Notes under the pieces: model-generated | Database searches by the model: none | Seen by the model: only the letters and a program-made list of their open reading frames with translations | Told to the model about the DNA's origin: nothing | Program-made: the position numbers and the translations under genes | Shown here: in pieces, positions 49,153 through 61,670 of the stretch | Layout of the letters: each line of letters starts with the position of its first letter | Numbering within the stretch: the stretch's first letter is position 1 | Source of the DNA: Zootoca vivipara | Lineage: Eukaryota | Direction: 5' to 3' | DNA: 64,000 bases | Assembly: GCF_963506605.1 (NCBI RefSeq) | Contig: NC_083288.1 | Span: 27,838,001 to 27,902,000, forward strand

Positions 49153-50702
49153 TTCTGTATTTGGTAATGGAGTGCATATTTGTGAGTCATTGCTTGAGCA
49201 TAGCAGTCCCATTTCACATTTGGATCTTATTAACTTTAAACTTAGGGGACACACACTGAAGCGTGATTGTGCTAAAAATATGTTTTCTTTCCTAGAATGG
49301 CAGAAGAGGAGGAAATCATATTATTTTATCAGACATGACAATCCCTGTGATGAATGAAACTCATTTTCTGCCAGGCTCCAGACAAACCTCTTAAATTGTT
49401 GTTCTTGTATTTGGCCTTAATTATCCAAATCACATGCAGGTATTATTTCTCTTAAGATATAACAAGTACGTGTTCTTCAAGAATTGCTCAGAGGATACAC
49501 AACAGAGTACCTGCAATTAGCCAGAGGTCTGTAATGGGAACATTCTCCTAGGAATTCTAGTGCCCACTAAGAAAGTAAATCACATACATTATGAAGGATG
49601 CCATAAATATTCTTATTCAACACCAGGACTAGGGAGTAGAAAACAACAAGTCTATGTTAGTCAGGCCTTTGCTATCACAGAGATTCTAAGCCTACAGTAG
49701 TAGATACAAATAGAGGGATGTGTGCGATGAGGTTAGATTTGTACACAGAATGGCGTCATTAGTCATTTTGAAGATAGAAGCAGATCAACTGAATTTAGAT
49801 TTGCATTGAGAATGATGATATTAGTAATTTTGTTGTTGCTGTTGCCTCAAATAGCATGCAAGGCTCAAGATGTTCAGTGTAGAAAGTGGCGTTCCAGACC
49901 AATTCATCCCAGGTATTATCAACCTGGAGATTTCACCTATGGAGCCATCGTTTATCAGAGTGGGGTTGCTCTGTCTCCAATTACCTTGAACAGACATCCT
50001 GATTGGGAACAAGTACCAAAAATGTTTGTATAAGGAATCATTTCTCCTTCCTACTTTGTCCCTGACTATATTACATTCTGCAGCAGAAAATATAGAGACT
50101 GACCTTTGGTTCTTTGCAACCCTGATTCTAAAACAGAAACTTTGAACAGACTAGACTAGGGAGAGGTAGTGGAAGTTCCACAGAAATCTTAAGTTTTCAG
50201 CCTTCTGACAATGACATGTTCTTTTGTACAATAGGAAAATTAATTAATTATAGTTATATAAAATAAAGTTATAGTTTAACTATAGTTTAACTATTAATTA
50301 TAGGTTTATAAAATAAAAATTATAATTAATTAATTATAGGCATTTTGTATTCCACCTCCCCGTTACAAATATCCACTGAATATGCACTGGGACTTTGGAA
50401 TGTCACCTGACTTTTATAGCATTGTTTTCTTGAGTTATGTGGATTTCCATCCTCTTTCCATTTGTATCTCTCTCCATCACCATGTTGTCTTCCAAAGAAG
50501 GATTCTCATGCTGTTGAAGAGTGATGGACCCAGTTAAGTTATGATATTGAATTCTGCTTCATAAACGAAGCTACTACCTCCACCAAATAAATAATCTAAA
50601 CAGTTTAGCCTCAGCACCATGTATAGAGCGAGGAGCATCCCTCTCCTCAGCTCTCAAAACATTAATATATCTCATTGGGTATGTTTGTATTTATTACATA
50701 TA

Positions 50703-50792
50703 CATAGCTGCCAAGTTCTCCCCTTTTTTACGGGGAATTCCCTTATGCTGAATAGGCTTCCTCGTGAGAAAAGGGAAAACTTGGCAGCTATG
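50703..50792. mobile_element. 90-bp hAT-type MITE in V2R intron 1
   Basis: Same family as 29859, imperfect TSD. Absent from the paralogous intron at ~62455. Confidence 0.85.
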
Positions 50793-51369
50793 CATATAGG
50801 AATTAAACATGTCATTGCCAGGAGACCATCTTGGTTGTGAGTCCTGGATGATCTGCTACCTTCCAAGCAGGCATCTTTCTATCTGGCCTTGGAGGGCAAC
50901 ACCCTGACTGACTGACTGACTGACTGACTGACTGACTTCAGCTAGAAAAGCTGCTAAACAGACTCTTGGGCTGGGTATTGTTTAGTATGTTTTGTTGGGG
51001 TGTTTCATTGTTGTTATCTATTCTTTTTGAATTTGCATTTTTTAGATCTGATTATAAATTATATCTTATGCTGATTTATGTGGGAATTATTTCGTTTCAC
51101 TTCTGTAGTTTTTGTAGTATTTTATTTGTTCATTATGACTTACCTCATGTTTGTGATTATATAAATCTTGTCATGTCTTGTGCTTAAGGTAGTGCAATGG
51201 GTGAGTGTTTTCAGGCTGTTAACCAGAATGCTGGTGTTTGAGCCCACCTAGAGATGCCTGTGGAGTAGATTACACATGAGGTTCCTTCCTACTCTTCTAG
51301 GATTCTATGTTGTAAGCTGCCTTGAGCATGCTTTTATCTGTAGAAAGGCATACAAATAGAATGATTCTA

Positions 51370-51568
51370 GTTACAGTTAGGTAGCCGTGTTGGTCTGAGT
51401 CGAAACAAAATTTAAAAAATTCCTTCAGTAGCACCTGAAAGACCATGTATATTCAGAGGTATATACTTCCATCTCAGTGTATCTGAAGAAGTGTGCATGC
51501 ACACGAAAGCTCATACCAAAATAAAAACTTAGTTGGTATTTAAGGTGCTACTGAAGGAATTTTTTTTA
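51370..51568. mobile_element. Penelope-like element remnant, two pseudo-LTR pieces in inverted orientation
   Basis: 51370-51445 matches 16532-16615 directly. 51475-51568 matches the same region in reverse. Confidence 0.75.
51479..51516 (+). ncRNA. Minimal type I hammerhead ribozyme motif
   Basis: GTATCTGAAGAAGTGTGCATGCACACGAAAGCTCATAC, identical to the reverse complement of 16632-16669. Confidence 0.8.
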
Positions 51569-52729
51569 ATAGAGTGATGGTGGTGATGTTGATATGGTAG
51601 CTTTGCCTCACTCTTGTGTTCTAGAATACATAATATATGTACTATTGTATGTCGACTTGCCAGGTAATGTGTCTTAGTGGAATATCCTAACTCACCTCCA
51701 CTTTGGTCCTGCCCTCCCATTCCTCTGGAATGACAATTTTTTCAGCTCCAGCTCAGTGACGCTCAGCTCAGCGAGCTTCAACTGGGCCACTTCAGCCAAG
51801 GCTCAGCTAGGATGGGCCAGCTGAGACAGGAAGCAGCCCTCTGACTCAGAGATCTGCTGCATTCTAAGATGCTCATCCAAGGGGATCTTGCTAGAGGGTT
51901 GCCACTTTAGAAAATAAGAGCTTCAGAAAGAGCAGAATATATTTGTGACACAATATGCAACTCCCTTTGTAGTGGACTGACAGAGAACTATCAGCATCTT
52001 CTGGCTGTGGCTTTTGCGGTAAAGGAGGTTAACGAAAATACCCAGATTTTACCCAATATTTCACTGGGATTCAATATATATGATAACACTTTGCAAGCTA
52101 GATGGACCTTTCCTGCTGCAATGCAATTTATTTCACCAAAGGACAGACTTCTCCCCAACTTTATGTGTGGTATCCATGAAAATTTATTGACAATCACTGC
52201 GGATGTTACTAATTCCAATTTTCCCATACCACAAATATTTGCTATCTACAAGATTCCTCAGGTAAGAGTGTATGTGTGTAAGGATACAAAACAAATAATT
52301 ATAATGTGATTACTGCTTTTCATTTCAGAAGTGGTTTCGGATCCATCCCAAATTAGTTTTTAAAAATATATTTTTATATTTTATCATGTTTTTCATCAGA
52401 ATCATTATTATCTCAATCTGACATAATTTGCAAGGTTGCTTCTAATGTGATTTCAATTAATAAGACAGTGGTGTGATTTGAGATTTTCTGGATAACATGT
52501 AAAAATTAAAATTGTGTTTTATGTAAAATTAGAGAATTTACTGAACCTTGAAAAACTACCAAGGAAAAAGTACCAAGTACAAACAATCATTGAGGTATAT
52601 GCATGATGTTTTATTAAGAAATACAGCACTGTAAAAATGTGTTTGCAGTCCCCCCCCCCAAACATAGAAGCACCACCAATGTAAACTAAACTAAACTAAA
52701 ATATTTCCACACCCTCAAAATATGTTTAG

Positions 52730-53111
52730 CTCATATATGATTCTGCTTCAATCATACTGGAGAACACTGAACTCCCTTCCTTCTACAAAATGGTCCCAAA
52801 GAGACTTGATCAGTTCAGGGGGATTCTCAAATTACTTGACCATTTCCAATGGAGATGGATTGGATTGGTTTTCCATGGAGAGGCTACAAAAATGATTTTT
52901 TTGAGATATTTTCTATTTCAAGGAATCAAGCCCCAAATGCAAAATCCAAAAGGAAAAGTCTTCATTCTGACAATCGGGATGGAGTTAAAAACCTACCTCT
53001 CGAGTTATAAGTACGATATCCAAGATTTCGACAATTTATTCAGAACAGAAACCCTTCTAATGCCGAAGGAGATACTTTTATTAAAGATTTCTGGACAGAT
53101 CAATTTCGCTG
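52730..53111 (+). pseudogene. Deleted, truncated extra copy of V2R exon 3 (pseudo-exon)
   Basis: Acceptor TTTAG|CTCATATAT. Homologous to 53445-54064, with a 189-bp in-frame deletion and a second, frameshifting deletion. It then returns to intron-2-like sequence. Confidence 0.88.
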
Positions 53112-54382
53112 TTTTTCATCAGTATCATAATAATCTCAATTCAATTTAATTTGCAAGCTTGCTTCTAATGTGATTTCAGTTGAAAAGACAGTGGTGTGAA
53201 TTGAGGTTTTCTGTATAACATGTGAGATTAAAAATTGTATTTGATGTAAAATTAGAGAATTTACTGAATCTTGAAAAACCTAAAGATAAAAATACATTAC
53301 AAAGTACAAACAATCATACAAATATGTGTGTGGTGTTACACTAAGAAATACAGCACTGTACAAATGTTTTTTGCAGTCCCTGAACACTCACACACAGAGA
53401 AGCACCACCAATGTAAACTATTTTTTTTCATCACACGTATTCAGCTCATATATGATTCTGCTTCAATCATACCGGAGAACAGCGAAATCCCTTCCTTCTA
53501 CAAAATGGTTCCAAAGAGACTTGATCAGTTCAGGGGGATTCTCAAATTACTTGACCATTTCCAATGGAGATGGATTGGATTGTTTGCTACAGATGGAATG
53601 ACTTTACAATGGTTCATACAGAAGATGGTACCAGAATTTTCCAATCATAGTATTTGTTTTGCATTTCTTGATTCATTCACCAGTTTTGAATATGATATTG
53701 AGAAAAGAAGTTATGTGAAAAGTTCAATGTACTTGTCTGATAAGATCATGAACAGCAAAGTCAATGTCTTGGTCTTCCATGGAGAGGCTACAAATATGCT
53801 CTTTTTTAGACATCTTCTACACCTAGGAATCAAGGCCCAAATGCAAAATCCAAAAGGAAAAGTCTTTATTCTGACAATCGGGATGGAGTTAAAGACGTAC
53901 CTCTTCAATCGTATCTTAGATATACGATATATCTCTGGTGCTTTATCATTTGCACTTCAGTCTAATGAACTTCAAGGATTCCGACATTTTATTCAGAACA
54001 GAAACCCTTCTAATGCTGAAGGAGATACTTTTATTAAAGATTTCTGGACAGATCAATTTCGCTGCATATCCCAGGATACTGTTATGGGAAGTATGAGTTT
54101 ATTACAGGGTAATTACTCTGGGAGAGCTTATTCTTCTCCCTGCACTGGAGAGGAGAAACTCGAGAGCCTTCCTGAGCACGTCTTCCCAAGGAGTGTAACA
54201 GGCCAGAGCTACAGCTTTTACAATAGTGTCTATATTGTGGCTCATGCCTTACATGGCTTGATTTCATCCAGATCCAGAAGCAAAGCAGGAATGAAGAGAG
54301 AAAGAAAAAGCCTTCACAATCATCAGCCATGGCAGGTGACAGAGTCCAAACTTGAATTAATTATTAATTGTACATCTGAATT

Positions 54383-54688
54383 CATAGAATCATAGAGTTG
54401 GAAGAGACCAGAAGGGCCATCCAGTCCAACCCCCTGCCAAGCAGGAAACACCATCAAAGCATCCTTGACATATGGCTGTCATGCCTTTGCTTAAAGACCT
54501 CCAAAGAAGGAGACTCCACCAGACTCCTTGGCAGCAAATTCCACTGTTGAACAGCTCTTACTGTCAGGAAGTTCTTCCTAATGTTTTGGTGGAATCTTCT
54601 TTCTTGTAGTTTGAATCCATTGCTCCGTGTCCACTTCTCTGGAGCAGCAGAAAACAACCTTTCTCCCCCCTCTATATGACATCCTTTG
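54383..54688 (-). mobile_element. CR1 LINE 3' fragment
   Basis: (ATTCTATG) tail. Encodes TRSNGFKLQERRF..IRKNFLTVRAVQQWN.LP, the CR1 ORF2 C-terminus. Confidence 0.9.
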
Positions 54689-56373
54689 TTTGTTAAGAAC
54701 AAAAGATTGTTTGTTAGGAAGGTTTTTTTGTTTTCTTATTTAGGTTCTGGGATTTGTTATTTTGCTGACATAAGCACCCAGTCTCTCTGCTTCTTGTTGC
54801 CCACTGCCCATGTGGGGATGTTGATGGGAACTTGTTTTGTTCTGTGTAGAGTGTTTCCCATCTTTTGCAGAAGAGGGAATGATAGGGGGGAATAAAAAAA
54901 GACAATACTCAGATATAAGCCGCTCCCTTAAAATTCTGCAGGCACCCATACCCATTCCTTTTCACCGCATGTCTGTTTCAGCAGCGATATCGTAAAAGCC
55001 AATTTTCGTAAGGCTGCGAATTTGAGCTGCACTTTAACTTTTCATGGTTGGAATTTGGGGGGAAGTGAGGCTTATATTCAGGTCAATACAGTAAAAGTCT
55101 GACCTAGATCTAGCTTTAGCAACATTATCTCCATCAAGAGGGCATTATCCACCACAGTGGCTTTCATTGAAGTGTTTTGGGGTTGTTGTTTTTTTGTTGT
55201 TGTCTGGCTGAACCATTTTCTTAAGTAGCTTCTTTTTCTGTTTTTGTTCTAGCTCTACCATTTTTTGAAAGCTGTGTCATTTAACAACAGTGTTGAAGAG
55301 AAGGTTTCCTTTGACCAGAATGGGGAGCTCTTTCAAAAGTATGACATTATTAATTTGGTCACATATCCAAACCAATCTTTCAATAGAGTGAAAGTTGGAA
55401 GGATGGATCCCCAAGCTCCTCCTGATGAACTCTTGAGCATCAATGAGGATGCCATAGTTTGGCATAGCTGGTTTAATCAGGTAGGACCTCAATGACCGCT
55501 CCTCACATCAATGGGGGGGGGACTTTTGCGTGGTCGCGCGCAGCCCCCTGATCTCAGAGGGCGACTCCCTGGTAGTTCGGGGCTGGCACCGCCTTCCCAT
55601 GTAGGATACCAGGGGTCTCCGCCCACCCAAGCCTAGCGTCTACCCTGCCTGGGGAGGTGTTTCCAGGGGATGGCCAGGTAAGGGGAGGGACTGTCTGGCT
55701 CACACAATAAAATTTGAATCTTACCTCCAAGCACCAGTTGGTTCCAGAGCTTCTTCCACCCTCCACACCCTCATTCATGTTCTTTTGCAGGTTAACCTTT
55801 TCTCTACAGGTACACATGCTATGCTACATCACGGCCGCTGTTGAAGGGTCGGTAAGGAATTTTTCTGCATTGGCAGGTTTTGCCTTTCCCGTAGCAATAC
55901 GTCACAACTTTGGCGGTGTCAGGCCTTGGGCAGAATTCTTTCGCGATTTTCCTAGAGGGAGGGGTATGAAGCGGCAACAAGATTGGGGTATTGGAACATT
56001 CATTCCACAAGTAGGCCTAAACAATTCAAAATGTTGTTTATGTTTCTTAGGATGCTAGACCACTGTAAAGTATATTGTCTCCTGAATCTTAATGATTCCA
56101 AGATGATTCTGCTGAAGAGTAACATCTCCCCCTTTGATTTGTTGATAGACACGGCCTGTTGCTTTGTGTAATCCCAAGTGCCCAACCAGTTATAGGAAGA
56201 AAAGCAAGGAGGGGGAGTCCTTCTGCTGCTATGATTGCACTGTATGCCCCAAAGGGTGGATATCAGATCAAGAAGGTGAGAGTTTCAGTATACAGATGCA
56301 AAAAGAATGCCTATACTTCACAAGCAAATACAAGGAAGAATAACAGACACATTATGTGAATGCAATTAATGAG

Positions 56374-56766
56374 TAAAGGTAAAGGTAAAGGGACCCCTGA
56401 CCATTAGGTCCAGTCATGACCGACTCTGGGGTTGTGACGTTCATCTCACGTTTGATTTGTTAGTGTCTATGAATCTGTGTGGCTATGAAACTAGAGCCAT
56501 CAAGCACAGCAGCCAGCATGACTGAACTGTTGCTGGTGCAACAGGAAATAGAGACGGAAGCCAGAGACCACAAAAACACTATTTACGTTCCCACTACAGC
56601 AGCACCTATTAATCTACTCACTCTGGTATGCATTCAAACTGTTAGGTGATCAGGAGCTAGGACTGAGCAAAAGGAACTCATCCAGTTGTGTGGATTCAAA
56701 CTGCCGACCATGTGATTGGCAAGCTCAAGAGGCTCGGTGGGTGGTTTAGACAACAGTGCCACCTGC
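56374..56766 (-). mobile_element. Sauria SINE, degenerate
   Basis: GGTAAAGGTAAAGGGACCCCTGACCATTAGG end with a diverged body. Confidence 0.75.
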
Positions 56767-58399
56767 AGTGTAGATAATCGAGAGGAACAGCTATAGCTAG
56801 TGTGTGTTACTTATTCATTATTGTATTCCTGTCACTTGAGAATCAAGGGGTTAAAAATCATTGTAACCTGTTTTTTTTTTTTGTGTTTTCCATTTCAGAT
56901 ATGCCTGTGTGTTCCAAATGTCCAGATGATCAGTATGCAAACAAGGGACAGAATGCATGTATTCCCAAGACTATAACCTACTTATCTTATGAAGAACCTT
57001 TGGGTATCAGTTTAACTATTTCTGCTATTTCATTATCCATTATCACAGTTTTGATGCTAAGAATATTTTGGAAGCACCATGACACTCCCATAGTTAAAGC
57101 CAACAACAGGGACCTGACCTACACTCTCCTCGTCTCCCTCCTGCTCTGCTTCCTTTCTGCACTCCTATTTATTGGCAGACCTGACAAGGTGACATGTTTT
57201 CTGCGCCAAACTGCCTTTGGCCTTGTGTTCACAATGGCTGTGTCTTCTGTGCTGGCCAAAACCATCACTGTGGTTCTCGTTTTCATGGCCACACAGCCTG
57301 GATCCAGTATGAAGAAGTGGGTGGGGAAAAGCCTGGCCAGCTCCATTGTGGTTTCTTGCTCCATTCTCCAAGGAGGCATCTGCCTGGTGTGGCTTTCCAC
57401 CTCTCCTCCATTCCCAGATACTGACGCCCAGTCAATGACTGAGGAGATTGTACTGCAATGTAACGAGTCTTCCCCAATCATGTTTTAATGTGTCCTGAGC
57501 TATATGGGCTTGCTAGCTATGGCCAGCTTCACTGTAGCTTTCTTTGCCCGGAACTTGCCTGATAGTTTCAACGAAGCCAAGTTCATCACTTTCAGCATGT
57601 TGGTGTTTTGCAGTGTTTGGTTGTCCTTTGTTCCAACTTACTTGAGCACCAAAGGGAAATACATGGTGGCTGTGGAGATCTTCTCCATCTTAGCCTCCAG
57701 TGCTGGGTTGCTGACTTGCATCTTCTTCCCCAAATGCTACATTATCTTGTTGAGGCCTGAGCTGAACAAAAGGGAGCAGCTAATTAGGAGAGGAAAAGAC
57801 TGAAGAACACTGTTATTCTCAACAGTTGCTTGTTGTTGTTGTTGTTGTTATTTATAGCTCATTCAAAGCTTTTCTGACTTAAGTAACGTATAAATTAGGA
57901 TGTGGATTTCATTGTACAAAGAATACATTAAAATAACATGATTGTGAATGTTCTTTCCCCCCATTATTCACTTTCTATCCATATCATTCATCTAGACAGA
58001 GGAAGGCAGAATTCATCGATTTCTCTCTCCATTATACCATTTCAGCAACACTCTTAGGTATGTTATGTTGAATGATAGGAAATGAGCTTAGTTTTATTTT
58101 AAGGTGAGTCTCTTTCATTGGAGTACAATGCTGTAATAACAATACTATACTGACTTTAAGAAGCTTTGGGAAACAAGTGAAGGATAAGCATTCATGAATT
58201 GGGAAAAACCTGTAATTCCTTACAGACAGCATCCTAGAGTGACACTCTCAGGTAATGCAATTGAGGGAGCAGTTCACTTCCCCTTCCACCTGTCTGTTCC
58301 TTTAATTGTGTGACGACCAACTGGCATGGAGGCCTCCATTTACCTCCACTCTGGGAGGGTTCAATAAATAAATAAATACTTTTTAAAAAACCCAATAAA

Positions 58400-58678
58400 A
58401 CACCAGACATTAAAAACTTCCCTAAACGAGGCTGCCTTCTGATGTCTTCTAAAAGTCAGATAGTTGTTTATTTCCTAGACATCAGATGGCAGGGCGTTGC
58501 TCATGGTGGGCGCCACTACAGAGAAGGCCCTCTTCCTGGTTCCCTGTAACTTCCCTTCTCGCAGTGAGGGAACCACCAGAAGGCCCTCAGCACTGGACCT
58601 CAGTGTCTGGGCTGAATAATGGGGGTGGAGACGCTCCTTCAGGTATACTGGCCCGAAGCCGTTTACAGCTTTAAATTT
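58400..58678 (-). mobile_element. L2 LINE 3' fragment
   Basis: Matches ~13775-14040 (VYLKERLHPH...LQGTR). Confidence 0.85.
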
Positions 58679-60199
58679 CAAGAAGTAACACTGAAGCAAC
58701 ACCCCCCGCCCCACCCCGCCCCGGCCACATCTGTAGAAAACAAAACTGTAGAAAACAATACTTGAAAAAGAGACAGTGCATGTATTGTTGTAAACTCTGA
58801 AATCTTTAATAAAAGTATTTATAAATATATAAATTGAATGAGTCCCATCAGGTTGTGGCGATTGCTATGAAGTACAGGTAGGTGAAAACCTGCAAGCCAG
58901 CCAATTTACTTGCAGGAGAAAATTCCTCCATGGCCCCAACAATGGCACCCCAGTAAACCATAGCAAGGTAAACATGCAACATGCCTGCTCTCAACTGGGC
59001 AGGCCCTTCAACAACTGGGTGGGAAATCCCTTGAAGGTCAGCCAAGAGGGCAACCCGCCCTCAAGCCCCTGGTCCTGATTTTGCTCCTTGTGCATCGCCC
59101 ACCCACACCTCATTGTCTGAAGTGGCCGGAGGTAGGGGGGTCGAGCTGACTGTCCCCTCCCCTGACCACACTGATGATGGCAGCCACGGCACACCCACCA
59201 CAACCATGCCATACAGAAAAGGCACACCCTGGGTAAACAGATATTACAGGCAATGAACAATTTACGCATATTCAAACATATGCACAAACACATCACAGCA
59301 ACCTGGAATCAGCACCCAATGACCCAGAACACAACCCCATTGCAAATTGGGGGTTGCCTGTATTCATAGTGACGGTTATCTTTTTAAAAATCATAATAAG
59401 GGAATGGGAGTTAAAATAGTTAACAAAAATAAAGCTGACCTGAATACCTTCGGGAAAAAAAAATGGGGCATTACAATAATTAAATGGAGCATGTTAGGAA
59501 TTCAGAAACAATCTATATGATTTGTAAATTGTTTACATGAAAGAAAATAGAGAAATAAATGATAAATGTAGAATTGTGATGATATAATTGTGTGGAAATA
59601 CGAAGTAAGTATTCGAAAAACAGATGACGGGACGGAGGGAAGTCGAGTGGCTCTGTTGACCTTAAAGGTTCTGTGACCTTAAAGGTTCTGTTATATGAAT
59701 GTTAAAAATGGAAAATCAATAAAAAATATTTAAAAAGAGAGAAATGAAATAGTTTCAATAAGCTTAGCAAGTGTGAAAAGTTATGAAATAAATGAAATAT
59801 TGAAAAAAAATCCCTTAATTCAAATTTATATTCTTCCACTCAATTATTTTTTTAACAAAAGCAGGGAATGAAAGAAACCTAGAAGAAAATCATTTTGAAT
59901 ATTTGCAAAAACCCATTTCCCTTGAAAAAGTAAAACACGTTAATAAAGCCTGAAAGGTACAAAAGACTCCTAATATCAATGGTTTTATCAGGGAAGAAGA
60001 GGGTAGTGCTTTTTCTCTTTAAAAATGTTTAGGGGTGCTCTAATTGTGACTCAAGAAAATCACCATTTTATAGCTGAAATCGGTAAAAAGAAATACTGTA
60101 CAGTAAATGGGCAAAAGTGCAGATATTAACAAAAAGTTTAGGGGTACCCCTGCCTGCCCCAGAAAAAAAGCACTGAGAGAGGGTATAGCCCCAACATTC

Positions 60200-60560
60200 A
60201 GGGCCTCCATATACCAGTTTTGAATAAATTAGATGTGGATTTTCAACAAGGTGGGCTTATTCCAGACTCTTGGAAATTATCCAAACTTGTTTTATGAACT
60301 TCTTGAATCATAAAGGGCATTCTCTTTTATTAATGTGAATCCTCAATTATTTACCATTGTTCTAGCAAACTACTTAGCGAACCTGACTCCAAAATATGTA
60401 AAAGTAGATCAGATTTTAAAAGATTAATTTTGGATCCCTAACTTAGAATAATTAATGTGATTTACCACACAAATCCAAAGGACATTTAATTGTCAATGGT
60501 GTTACTTGATGCCACAAAGGCATTTGGCAAATTGGAATGGTCCTATCGCTTCAAAATTAA
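60200..60560 (+). mobile_element. Highly degenerate L1-clade RT fragment
   Basis: LLDATKAFGKLEWSY-like translation near 60500-60547. Confidence 0.45.
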
Positions 60561-61309
60561 CCGTTCATTTAGTGGCTATGTGCTCCGATATCACTTCTTA
60601 ACATATATTGGACCGGAAACGTTTCCTTTCATCATTTCAACCATTTTTGCTTCCAAACCTTAAAATAATAATAATAATAGTTTAAAGATCAATTAGAGAT
60701 ATGCAAAGATATATGAAGAGGACATGGAAGATGAATCAAGACAATGATCCATAGGAATATTTCCAATGCCTATTTCATTGACTTTCATATTTGATAATGG
60801 AGTGCATATTTGTGAGTCGTTGCTTGATCCTAGCAGCCCCATTTCACATTTGGATCCTACTAACTTTAAAATTAGGGGACACACACACTAAAAGATACTT
60901 GGGCTAAAAATATGTTTTCTTTCCTATTTTCAGCTGTGCTCCAGACAAGCCTTTTTAATTATTGCTCTTGCTTTTGGCCCTTATTATCCAAATCACATGC
61001 AGGTATTATTTCATTTAAGATATAACAAGTACGTGTTCTTGTTCAAGAATTGCTCAGGGGATACACAATAGAGTACCTGCAATTAGTCAGAGGACTGTAA
61101 TGGAAAAATTCTTCTAGGAATTCCAGTGGCCAATAAGAAAATAAATCACATACATTGTGACGGATGCTGTAAATATACCTTTATTGTACACCAGCACTAA
61201 GAAGTAGAGAACCACAAGATAGATTTTTTCCCCGGTTAGCCTTCAGCAGATCTGCAGATTAGTCATTAAAGTCAGGCTGTTGCTATCATGGAGATTCTAA
61301 ATCTACAGT

Positions 61310-61562
61310 AAGGCAAAGTTAAAGGGTTATGGCCAGCATGACAAAGCCGCTTCTGGCGAACCAGAGCAGCACACGGAAACGCCATTCACCTTCCTGCTTG
61401 GGGCAGTACCAATTTATCTACTTGCACTTTGCTTTCAAACTGCTAGGTTGGCAGGAGCTGGGACCGAGCAATGGGAGCTCACCTGTTGAAGGGATTTGAA
61501 CCGCCGACCTTCTGATCAGCAAGCCCTAGGCTCTGTGGTTTACCCCACAGCGCCACCTGCGT
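61310..61562 (-). mobile_element. Sauria SINE, internally deleted
   Basis: Matches the body of 7549-7927. Absent from the paralogous site at ~49700. Confidence 0.8.
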
Positions 61563-61670
61563 ATACAAAAAGAGGGATCTGTGTGCATTAGTTAGATTTG
61601 TAAACAGAATGGTGACATTATTAATTTTGTAGATATCAATAGATCAGCTGAATTTAGATTTGCATTGAGA

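Larger units (their letters stand above)
49812..57803 (+). pseudogene. Vomeronasal type-2 receptor (class C GPCR), complete six coding exons, one premature stop
   Basis: Exons 49812-50023, 51973-52261, 53445-54335, 55253-55480, 56149-56275 and 56899-57803 have GT-AG borders and compatible phases (884 codons in total). Motifs [47 protein letters not shown] at 57486-57488. Confidence 0.9.

Noticed and set aside
50020-50035. Non-canonical AT donor for V2R exon 1
   Set aside because: An ordinary phase-2 GT donor (AT|GTTTGT) fits exon 2 in both complete paralogs.
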